From contig ML992505.1 in assembly GCA_010093995.1 (NCBI GenBank), positions 671,392-735,391 of the forward strand: 64,000 nt of DNA, given 5' to 3'. Each line of letters begins with the position of its first letter. Within the stretch, counting starts at the first letter, position 1. A program made the position numbers and the translations under genes. A model generated the notes under the pieces. That model searched no databases, was not told where the DNA came from, and saw nothing but the letters and a program-made list of their open reading frames with translations. Source of the DNA: Elsinoe ampelina. Lineage: Eukaryota. This document shows, piece after piece, positions 34,663 to 45,912 of this stretch.

Positions 34663-36194
34663 GTTGACCTGTTTCCTTTTGGGACAAGGATATCTGCTGA
34701 TGAGAGGTAGATTGAAGAGTAGACTTTAGATAGCGGGGTTTCTTTACATGGTTTTTTTTTGGTGCTCACTTGGAAGGATTTCGCTGATGGTTGTCCCCTT
34801 GCGGCACGAGATGTACATGAGATGCCGCAGCATCAAAGGAGCAACATGTTTCCGAGATGGACGTGGTCGTGAGAGGTCCAGACAGTGCATTGACTGTATA
34901 GGCGATCTACACCAACGTCTTCACAGCGATATGAATCACGTATAGTCTCCTTAGGCCCGAGTGTCAAAGTCACCTCAAATGAGTGCATGTCCAATCTCCA
35001 AGGGTCCTTGAGCCGCATCCCAACCCGTGATGATCCCTCTGCCAGTGCCAGGCTCGGAAGGGCTCGTACTTTGAGACATGCAACACGATTGAGGCGGTGA
35101 GAACCACTGTCCTGGGAATATGCCACGCCGCCATCTGTTGGTCGACTGTGCCGTATGTTGTCATCTTAATATCAACCCGTGGCATCCGGAGTGGCTCGCT
35201 GTCGGGAGGATCTGCCAAGTAGTGCGGCGGTGGAGGTGTTGTCAATTCCACGCCGCATGGTTAGGTCAGGTCAGCTCGCTGATGCCTGCCTTGATCCTGT
35301 CTCGTGTCATTTCCTGTCGTTCCATTGATGACTTGACTGCCAGCCATGGTTGGTAATAAAGAACCCTGCATCAGGTGCTTGAATCGTGATTGAAGAAAAA
35401 TCCAAGCTGCTTGGAGCTGACATCCAGCGCATCTCCCGGCTCGGATACCGGGGCATATCAGAGCCGCAGATTGCCTGACCCTCCACGGGAATACCTCGCA
35501 AGGCAATTGGAGATTGGAACCTGACCCATGGGGAAATTAGGCCAGCGAAGAGAGACACAATGAGATCCGTGAACGACATGGCATTGGGTTTCTTGAACTA
35601 CGCGACTCGACAAACAAACCCTCGTTTGACATGATTCGTGTTGGCGAAAAGCGGCGCGAGATTCGGAGATCAATTGCCATTTCAGATGGACAATTCGCCA
35701 AATTGGCGAAGCCGCAATCGACAGAAGCTACGAGGGGGAAAGGTGAAACTGGCACGACTGGAAAGCCAAAAGGTGGTGGATGAAGTTTGGGACATCGGAT
35801 GCCGTCCACGCTAGTGTATATCAAGCTAGGCTGATCTATTCTTGGATCGACGCAGTTGGCTCTCCCCTTCTATCCAATCACTCTTCCACGTCTGTTGAAT
35901 GTTCCCATCAGAGTGGCTTGAACCTCCCAGCGAACAAGATCCACGCATGCCGGCATGGCTCAGGTCGAGCTATTCACCCGCTGTATCAACCCATGGCCTC
36001 AAACGTCATAGCCTCGACGCCGCACGCTTGTTGATCTTTTGGTATGAGGGCTGATAGTGCCTAAAGCCTTGTGTTGGTATTTCGCCAACTCTTTTTTACT
36101 TACCCCTTTCCCCAAATCTTATGACGAATCATGGTGTTCATTTGATCCTCAGCTGTTCTTTTGCTTTCTAGGCCTTGCATGGGAGGTTGAGGTC

Positions 36195-39100
36195 ATGGCG
36201 GGCACACCTTCGATGGGAGATGTGTTGATGTTATCACATACGGCGAAGAGTATTGGTAAAGCTTTTGGTATCAAGGCTGTCGGGGTACCGCAAGACTTTT
36301 TTGAGGTTGAACGGGAGACTCTGGGATTGGCGGATGCCTTGAAGTTACTGGCTTACATTCTGGAAGAGGATGAGACGATATTGCATGCTCCGGAGAATGT
36401 TCAACAAGCGATATTTACCGTTCTAGCATCGGCTCAGGTGACTTTACGGGATCTGGCTGCATTTGTGGAAAGATACAGCACGTTTACGAGAGGAAAGCCG
36501 GGTGTTTCTGGGGAGAAGACATGGTCGAAGGGGGTTCTCACAGATTGGACGACACTACCATGGACGAGAGATGGAGGAGACATGACTGCTTTGAGGTCTC
36601 TGTTAATGATGCATTGCACGACCATAACGATGACTACGCAAGCTGTACAAGGGTAAGATGCTCGCACTTGGGTAGACACGATGCTGACTTGGACAGTCGA
36701 TCAGCCGAACGACTCTCAAGTACAGTCTTACCACTAGCTGAGAAACTAGAAGACATTCACGAGGATATACCCGGACGACTTAATCAGCAGCTTGAGGAAC
36801 TTCACTTCATCTGTATGACAATCATGCACGAGCAGCGAACACTGGCAATCGCTACAAGGAACGAGCTTTTTTCCCCTCAAGTACAAGACTTTGACATGCC
36901 AACCCCAGTATCACCAATGGCGAACCAAAGTCTGAGCGATTTGGGATTGCCATCTCTGCAGCAGGTCGAGACATTGACTTCGGCTCCAGTGGTCGGTAGC
37001 AGATCAACACGCCATGACCGGAGCGAGAGTCTGACCCAGTTGTACGTCGAACGAGATACAGAAGGCTGGAAGGTGCGGAAACGATCTTCATCTCAATACT
37101 CGGCAGCAGATGTGGAACCTCAAGCACGTCCCAGATCACAGCTGGTCGACCCGAATATACGAAGTAAACGAAGCAAGAGTGCTGACGGGCCTCCGAAATC
37201 TCGATTCCCAAGATTTGCGAGGGACAGCACTGCATCACCAATGCCGAGTATCAATACCGATTTCTCAGATACAGAGAGCCAACGAGCACCACCCACTCCT
37301 CGACGGCTGCAGAAGAGACGACCTCCACCGAGCAAGCGGAAATCAATGCCTTTACCAGACAGCATCGACTTTGAGGTGCATGGAAGGAACGATCTCACTC
37401 GTGTCGACTCTCGAGCTTCTGCCGTGTTTGACGATATGCCAGAAGAAGGTCCACCACGACTACCCACACCACCAAGATCGAGATCAGGCACGGATACTCT
37501 ACTTGACTCGCTACCTTCCGAGGCCGACTTTATGGAAAATCTCCTGAGAGGTTCGGTCAAGATGTTCGACGAGCGAGGACGTCTGGTTGAGGCTTTGTCG
37601 AGCGAGCCAAGAACTTTGAAATCTACCTCAAGCATTAACACGATCATCAGCAAGGCTTGTCGGATATTAGTCCTGCGGAGGAAGAGCGAGCCTGGCATCG
37701 GCGGCGTCTGGAACACGTCCATCTGGATCATTGCTTCAGACTTTAGCGTCCGTCTCGAACAACCACTTCAGATGACCCTTCAGCCACGAGCGATTGCCCC
37801 CCATATCGCTGTCAAGCTGCCAGAACGAGTGGCACTGACTCTACCTTGCAAGATTCAGTATCATACGCCGGTTTGGGGTTGCACCACCGAATCATCAGGG
37901 ACAACTTTGCTTGCAGAAAGAGTAACATACACCTTTCTCAGCGCGCAAGCCGCCAGTCGCTTTCAGAGTGTCATCTTCGGACAACAACTACTGGACAGCT
38001 TTTGCATCGAGCGAGCTACAGTCATCAGACCTGGTGGCAGTGGCAAGAGCTTCTTCTACAAAATGCTCGGTACGGAAGAGCAAATCTGTGGTCAGCAACG
38101 GATACGGCTTTGGGAGGACCACGGAGACGTCACACCCTCGAATACTGCGGGTGGTGTGCTTGGTCTGATGCATGTGCAGCCCTCCTTCGGTCAAGGATGG
38201 GTCAAGTGGTGGGTGAACTCTTCAAGAGTCTCCCAGATCAAGAACAAAAGTAACGGTGTCGTTGAGATTCGTGGTATCGACTGTCTGGTCACGAAGCCAT
38301 CTTCTCGGCCACTGAAAGCAGTCGACAACTTTACTCAATGCTCACTTCTGGCTGGCGTACCTGTCTCTGCCTTTGATGCGCCCAGCTCGCACGTCTCTAG
38401 TGAGAGGCCGAGCACATCAATGAGTAACAGGGAGGAGATGAGGTCACGGCACTCTCCTTCACCCTCCTTTAACACACCTCGACAGACTGAGGAAGCTCCT
38501 CCGCTGCCACATATCGATCCTCTCCGCGCTCACAATCCTCGATCGAGAACGTCTGAGTCAAGGAGTCGAAGCGGGAGTAGGTCAAGGACTGAGACTACCA
38601 CGCCAGTACCAGCAGATCCTAGCGAGCCTGTCCCTGCTGTACGGTCAGATAGTGCACTGATGGCAGCAACGACCAGATCATCAAGTACACCAAGCAAGCA
38701 TTCCCGTAAGCTATCAGGTAGCCGCTCAGCCACCACGCTCAACTTGCCACCGCCTCCTACGCTTGGCAAATGGGATAACCCTATCTCGCCTCGCAATTTC
38801 AGAAGCCGCAAGTCAGCCGACACACCTCGGACCCCTTCCCATCTCACCTCAGACTCTGTCCGCCTATCCTCCCCGCCAATGCCTACTCCCTCCTCGGCAC
38901 CTCAAGTCCGCGCCACATCCCGTGCAGAATCTCGCCTCGACTACCGCTCCGAATCCCGCGCCGCAGCACGAGACTTTGACAGCATGTCGTTCGTGTCACA
39001 ACGATCCAAAGCCACGACGACCATATCGACGAGATCAAAGGCCAAGTCATGGCGAGGCGGAAAGAGCAGGGATCACCGGTTCACAAAAGAGCCAAAGGAA

Positions 39101-39220
39101 GAGAAGAAGAGGAGTGTATATGGCATCAAGATATATTTCTCCACGGACGATGACAAGAGGCGGTTTCTCACGCATGTGGCGAAGGCAAGGGAGAAGTCAT
39201 TGGCTTTGCCAGACTTCTGA
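36195..39220 (+). CDS. Large hypothetical protein with fungal Helo-like/STAND-type N-terminal helical domain, S/P/R-rich regions and a central globular domain; intron 36653-36696
   Basis: SMGDVLMLS..IGKAF..FFEVERE..LADALKLL N-terminus; long open frame after a GT-AG intron. Confidence 0.7.
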
Positions 39221-39770
39221 TAGCTCATGCAAGTGTAGCAGATGTACATACCCCTCCGCACAATTGAAAGCATGCAACAACTACGGCGGCATGTTCACCG
39301 GAGGCTTCGCTCGTCAGCAGACCAAGCGCATGTGCCCCAATGCCTGGGTGTACAAGTACAGTTCTTTGTCTTGATGTTTGGCGTAAATTTGGGAAAGAAT
39401 GCAAACAGATCTCATGTGGCAATTTTGCCACTACATGGAGATGGGTGTGCCAATGCCATCCTGTCACTTGTGATGTGGCAAAATTCTTGCTTTCAACCAT
39501 CCAACTACTCACTCGCTTGACGCAGAGATTGGACCAATCTCGCCCGCACCGTTCAACGTTTGTAGCTCATAGCGTTCGCTTCAAGCTTATGAACGGTTTG
39601 GAGTCGACGGGTAGAGCAACCAATACGTTGACGGTCAACGGTCAAGGCGAATATACCATCAAATTAGCCTTTCTGTCTCTCTCAATCCTGCACCACACTA
39701 CACGGCTTGCGTATGTCAGGACGCGGCACGAAATCCCGGTGATAGTGGATGGCCGCCATACAACATTCTC

Positions 39771-41051
39771 ATGGACAAGCAGACGCTTAAAGCACACATC
39801 GATGAACTTGCCGGGTTCGTCGGAGTATTATGCATCATTCTTCCTCTCGCGACGATAGCTATTGGTCTTCGGATATGGATACGACTGAGGGTAGCGAGCC
39901 GGCTTGGGGTAGACGACTGTATTCTTATGCTTTCGCACTTTGTCAACCTCATATGCACGGCGTTCTGGCTGTATGTCCATGTGAAGCAGAAATACTACCA
40001 GCCTCGCTCGACTGAATTGATCGATGCATTATCGACGGTAGGTGAATCATCCAGTAATTATCCTTCCACGCTAACACTGCAGCCCCTCGTCATATCAATC
40101 GGAGCATATGTCGCATCTTCCGTGTTGGTCAAGATCTCCATCGGCCTCTTTTTCCTCCGCATTGCGCAGCGAAAGTGGCAAAAGTACGTCGTGCTGGGGC
40201 CGACCATCCTTTACACATCTTTCCTCATCATATCCCTCACCATCGTCTTGCTGAGATGTGGGGTCCCGATCATTCCGGCAGTATTATTAGTATCAGATCA
40301 CTGTCCGATCAGTCCTCGACTCGAGCAGATTCTTGGTCTAAACATCGCCTCCATCAACGCTCTCTGCGACTGGGTCTTTGCAGCTGTACCCATTCACCTC
40401 CTCCTGACTTCCCAACGTTTGAGTCCAGCCGCCAAATTCTCCAGCTGCTTCATCATCGGCCTTGCAGTGGCTGGTAGCATTGTCTCGATTGTCCGACTTC
40501 CGTACTTTGCCGATTCGAGCTTCGGTCCTACATTCTTCGAGACTGGTCACATGGTTATCTTTCTTTCGGTCCTGGAGACAGCCGTCGGGGCAATAGCGAT
40601 CAGTCTGGTCACTCTAAAACCGCTTCTACAAATGCGAAAGAAAAGCCAGCCGAAAGTCAGCCACGTTCCTGCAAACGCAGTCTTAGCGGAAGGGCAGCGA
40701 CCGCTCGGGAGTGCAGACTGGATGTATTCCGCCTGTGTTTCGAAGAGTGTTTCGAAGACGCAGTCGAGCAAGGTATTCGATTTGAAGGGCGTTCGCGGCT
40801 TGGGAGTTCTACCGGACGTGTCAATGACAGAGACGAATGCATCGAGGGATGATGAGGTCGTGCTGCCGGCCACTCCTGCTGCCTCGTATCGACAGTCATA
40901 CACGATGATCAGAATCCCAAATAGGATCATGCCTCCTATTGAGGAGGTTTTGCGTGATGGGGCGCGAAGAGGGAGGGAGAGCTATCCTTCGGTCTCCGAT
41001 GGGACGACAAGAGTGGGAAGCATGGATGGCCCTCCAAAACCCGTGCTCTAA
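39771..41051 (+). CDS. PTH11-like/SAT4 rhodopsin-domain integral membrane protein (no CFEM); in-frame 45-nt intron 40038-40082
   Basis: LRIWIR..LGVDD, KISIGLFFLRI, DWVFAAVP, SIVSIVRL, E.AVGAIAISL.TLKPL. Confidence 0.85.
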   Translation: MDKQTLKAHIDELAGFVGVLCIILPLATIAIGLRIWIRLRVASRLGVDDCILMLSHFVNLICTAFWLYVHVKQKYYQPRSTELIDALSTVGESSSNYPSTLTLQPLVISIGAYVASSVLVKISIGLFFLRIAQRKWQKYVVLGPTILYTSFLIISLTIVLLRCGVPIIPAVLLVSDHCPISPRLEQILGLNIASINALCDWVFAAVPIHLLLTSQRLSPAAKFSSCFIIGLAVAGSIVSIVRLPYFADSSFGPTFFETGHMVIFLSVLETAVGAIAISLVTLKPLLQMRKKSQPKVSHVPANAVLAEGQRPLGSADWMYSACVSKSVSKTQSSKVFDLKGVRGLGVLPDVSMTETNASRDDEVVLPATPAASYRQSYTMIRIPNRIMPPIEEVLRDGARRGRESYPSVSDGTTRVGSMDGPPKPVL

Positions 41052-41105
41052 TGTATCATGTCTCCGATTCCACGCAGAGGGTATCCATTCGTGATCGAGA
41101 CACAG

Positions 41106-41673
41106 CTACCGATACTGCATCTTGTGCCCTCCCCGCTTCTCCATCTTCGCCTGTCTCTTGCTCTGTCCTGCCGCGCCTCCTTCACCGCCCCCTTGCCCCA
41201 TACCTGCCAGACCTTGCCGTGCACCAGTAAAGGTCGAGTATGCGAGCCATATCGAATATGCCGGAACGACGGTATAGAGGTACCATGCCCAGTTACCGGC
41301 GAGAGCAGCCACAACCACGTTGATCCAAGTCCAATATGTAATGTCCCACATCCACTCCGTCAAGCCCTTTGCTTCGAGATCTTCGCCTGCCTTCTTGAGC
41401 TCCTGACCTGCTCCATTGTCGACGTATGTAGGCCTCGCTGTCCGCTCAAACCAGAATTCGATGATGAGAGACGGGAGGGAGATGAGGAACCATGCGAAGC
41501 GGGATCTGCTGAAGAGGAACTGGGTAACGAAGAGGAAGAAACCGTGAACACCAAGACTGATGAGATGCGTACGATTCAGGGTAGCAGCGTTCTTCGCCGC
41601 CAAAGTCTTTTGAGCTTTCTATAGCACGTCAGTCAATGTGGGAACCGATGAATAGTGCTCTTACCTGTGCCAT
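41106..41673 (-). CDS. SND2: SRP-independent targeting protein Snd2/TMEM208 (DUF788); intron 41664-41619
   Basis: MAQ|KAQKTLAAKN, AGEDLEAKGLTEWMWDITYWTW, SKRQAKMEKRG. Confidence 0.88.
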
Positions 41674-42266
41674 GTCTGCGGGGTTGAGGATGGAAGTCAC
41701 TTGCAATGTTCGCCACCCAATGCGCCGATGTATGCAATGATCAAGCTGATGCAATAACGACAATACAATTCCGAATCACCTCACGCGTGATCACATGCAT
41801 CAATGAAGCAGCTCAAGAATTCAATGGTGAGACAAAGTGGGCTGGATGACGGGGTGTTCCGGAGCCGCACTTCGCGTTGCCGCTTGCGATTGACAACCAC
41901 AACAAAGGGCCCGCACTTTAACAACACCTACAACCACGACGAGCATTCGCGCATTCAGTCCAAGAAGATCAGAGGGCGTTACGGATTATCAAGAGTCGGA
42001 TGGGGCTATCTTGAGAAGCAGCAGGATTACTCCGGTGAAGCATGTCAAAGTCCGGCGCGAAACATCTACAGCAGTGTCTGTAGCAACAACTTGATCGCAC
42101 TGCACTCTGGGGCCTAGGAAGGCATCCGGCAAGGCAAAATCAGCTGCAGGATATTCTTCCACCGGTGGACCAGACAAGCGCAGGCAAATGATCGCAAAGT
42201 CGACTTGGACCAAACCCTCACATCAGACTTCACTTTTGCGACCTTGCTCGACAGGCGCCCGCAACC

Positions 42267-44841
42267 ATGGCGGCTGTGACAGCACAGATGACGGCCCAGC
42301 TCCGGCAGTGCATATTCTATCACATGGACAACGAGAGCTTAGACAATGCAAATTTCCTCGCAGGAAGACTGGTAGCGCTGGACCCACGAAAGGATGATTC
42401 GCTACACCTGCTGGCTCTCACATACTTGCGACTGGGTCGCCACAAGGCCGCCAACGATTTGTCATCCAAGTTTGGCGCATCTGGGAAGCATTTGGGGTGC
42501 GCATATGTGTTTGCGCTTTCCTGTGAAGCGTTGGAGGAGTATCAGGATGGAGTGGCGGCGTTGGAGAAGGCAAAGGCTTTGTGGATTGGGCGCAATCACT
42601 GGAGTGAGTCGAAGCGGTGGGCGTACGGGTATTGGACTGACCAGGACGCAGACAAGCATTCTGAGACGACACGCAGGCATCTCCCAGATGCAGGAATGGT
42701 GTGGAATTTGATGGCAAAGCTTTGGAGGGGACATGGTGATCTTCACAAGGCTGGGGAATGCTTTATTGAGGCTCACAAGCTCAATCCGCTCATGTGGGAC
42801 TCATTCACCGGATTGTGCGACATCGGTGAGGATATTTGTTTTGGCATGCTTAACCAAATCTGACATGTTGCAGGCGCCGATGTAAATATATCTGGATGCT
42901 TCAAGCTGACGACAGAAATGGCGGATAGTAGCGCGACCATGGTGGCCAACAAAGACGAGACCAAGCCCGCCCCGCAAGCAGTCCCGATGCACACGAACGG
43001 GCAGGCGGCAATGTCGACACCCATCAACGATTCATTCACCACAAATGGAAAGACCAGCAACGAATGGTCATTCCAATTCCCGAAGATCAAAGGGAAGGGC
43101 ATGTTTGGCAGTCCTCCAAAGACCGCGGCGCAACCATCATGGGAGACTCCGACAACAAATGGCAACGACGATGATGTTGAAATGGGTGGCCTTGACCACG
43201 ACACTCTTGGATCGTTAAGAGATGCGCCACCAGCAGCACCGATACGGCGGTCAAAGACGCTTTCACGGCTAGGGTTCGACAGCTCGAAAGATGCTTCACG
43301 GTTACAAGCTCCCAGCCTCAAGTCATTCGGCAGAACACATTCAGACACGACAGATGGAGAAGACACGGCGTCCGTGACAAGTAGGACCACGACAGCCCAT
43401 AAGAGGACGCTTTCTGGTCACACTACAGCATCAGATACATCAGTGCAGCCGCGACGAAGTAATAGGTTGTTCGGCCAGCTGACGAGCTCGAAACCTTCAA
43501 GCAGAGGTGTGCCGGATGGAAACAGTGCAGCAACAAGGCGAGAAGATTTGAAGAAGACAAAAGCTGCCCCAGTCAAAGGCCGAGGCACATCCACAGTCGG
43601 ACGAGTGGTCAGTGGCAATCGAAAAGTCATGCCGCCTGGAGTGGATGCGAAGGATCCCCGATCTCAAAGTCGGAACAGCGTCACCATCCCGCCAGTGCCT
43701 TCCAAACCAGCAGAGACGATTGTATTGCCTGACACAGCCGCGATTGAGTCATTGTTATCATCCTTCAAGCAGTTGGGTCTCGGATACCTAGCACAAACGC
43801 GGTACGACAGTAAATCGGCTATTCACGCATACGAAGCTCTTCCGATAGTGCACAGAGACACAGCGTGGGTGCAAGGACAGCTTGGAAAGGCCTACTATGA
43901 AGCCGCAGAATACAGCAAAGCAGAGGCAGCTTTCGAGAAGATGCTGCGACTTCAGCCTACCCGCATCGAGGACACGGAGTACTACTCGACTGTTCTCTGG
44001 CAGCTCAAAAAACCTGTTCAGCTCGCTCACCTTGCGCATATGCTCAGAGATCTGGACTACGAAGCGCCACAGACATGGTGCGCAATTGGCAATGCTTTCT
44101 CCGCCACACGAGAGCATCAACAAGCCATTATCTGCTTCAAGCGTGCAGTCCAAGTTGACCCGAAGTTCTATTACGCCTGGACTCTGATGGGTCACGAGCT
44201 GTTGACGATCGAAAACTTCGATGAAGCCATCCGCGCATACCGTAAGGGTGTCGGCAAGGAACGACGAGGATATGCAGGATGGTATGGGCTTGGAAAGTGT
44301 TTTGAACGTATGGGCAAGTATGAGGAGGCAGAAAGACATTACAGGATCGCCGCCAGCATCAACTCGCAGAATCACGTGCTGTTCATCTGCATTGGCGTGG
44401 TAAGTATCTTCGCCCTTTGCTGCGGTAGATTGCTGACAATACTAGGTTTTGGAACGCATGAAGCACCGACGGGAAGCTCTCGTCCAGTACACACATGCCA
44501 TTCAGCTCTGCCCGACCTCCGCGATGGGTCGCTTCCGCAAGGCTCGTACCCTCATGACTCTCAAGATGTACCCGGATGCACTTGAAGAGCTTACGGAGCT
44601 GGTCAGCATCGCACCTGAGGAGGCAAACGTCTGGTTCATGCTCGGCAAGTGCCACAAGTCGCTGCGGAATCGTGGTGAGGCATTAAAGTGCCTCACGACT
44701 GCGCTCAATCTTGATGCAAAGGTACATTCAAATCTTGATGATCCATGATATACGACTAACATGGCACAGGCAACAATGTACATTAAAGAGGCCATGGAAG
44801 GGATTGACGACTCGGAGGAAGAGGAGAGTGACAGCGAGTAA
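42267..44841 (+). CDS. CDC27: Anaphase-promoting complex subunit APC3/Cdc27 (BimA/Nuc2), 5 exons
   Basis: QLRQCIFYHMDN..NANFLAGRL ANAPC3 N-terminus; TPRs (EYYSTVLW, PQTWCAIGNAFS, YAWTLMGHE, WYGLG). Confidence 0.93.
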
Positions 44842-45167
44842 GTCACGACGGGTTCCAGTGTAGGGAAGCGAGCAGGGACAGCTCGAGAGAGGTCCCAAAG
44901 ACAAAGCAAAGCATGGGCGGGGTGATCATTGGTATCTGGATTGACGAAGACGACTTGTATGACTATGAACATCACAGCATGGCGAGATGAAGCGTGGAGA
45001 ATATATACGAGGCATACGCGGCGACCTAGCATGCCGCCATTGGGTATCAAAACCTACTAACCTAGCTCTGTGCGATAACTAAGATGCAACTTTTCCATCT
45101 GTCCGTCCCTATTCGAAGTGCGCCAATACGCCTTGCCACCCTCCCCCTCCTTCCCAAATATTCCCCC

Positions 45168-45738
45168 TTACCTATACTCATCATAATCCCCCCTCGACTG
45201 CCTCCCATACCCTCCCCTCCCAGGATCAAACTCCTCCCTATACTCATCCCTCACCTGGCCCCCACTCTTGCCCCGCCCATACTGCCTCCCATCCTGGAAA
45301 CCCTCATCCAAATCCGTCCTGATAATCCTCTCGTCCAACTTCGTGCCCCCCACATACTTGAGACAATCCAGCGCGTCATCATGCGTGTAGTACTCGACAA
45401 AGCAGAACCCGCACGGCGTCTTCTGGAACCGATCCAGTCCCATGATGATGCGTTTGATCTCCCCGCATTTGCTGAATAGTTCGTGGATTTGTTCTTCCGT
45501 GGTGTAGAAGGAGAGGTTGCCTACGTAGAGGGTGGTGGCGGTTTTGAGCTTCTCGTCGATGTCGGGGGAAGGGGCGCGTTCGTTTGGTTCGGGGTCGTTG
45601 TGGAATTTGCGCTTGTTCTTGTACTGGGAGGGGTTAGTGGGGTCCATTGGAGGGGGAGGCAGGGCGGACTTTGCTGGTGACATAGCTGCTGGGCTTGTCG
45701 AGTCGGTCGACGGTGTTGCGTAATCGTACGGCGGGCAT
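45168..45738 (-). CDS. CBC2: Nuclear cap-binding protein subunit 2 (CBP20); intron 45669-45624
   Basis: [59 protein letters not shown]. Confidence 0.96.
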
Positions 45739-45912
45739 GGTGGTGATGTGTGTGATGGTGAAGTGGAGGCAAAGGGAGATGTGAGGTGAGGTGCAATGGT
45801 CCGAGCTTCGACGTCGAGCTTCAGATGCGGACTTGAACTTTTTGTGTTGCACGCGCCGATTCTTTCACAGCATTCTCAATGGATTGGTGAGGCTTGTTTT
45901 TACGTGGAGAAG

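Noticed and set aside
34730..36190. Short ORFs in long intergenic regions (also 17300-18250, 19490-20200, 22200-23100, 57200-58200)
   Set aside because: No codon bias, motifs or consistent splice structure.
45796..45912. N-terminal extension of NUP82 in the ORF track
   Set aside because: Family similarity begins at the ATG at 45913; the extension would occupy the shared promoter.
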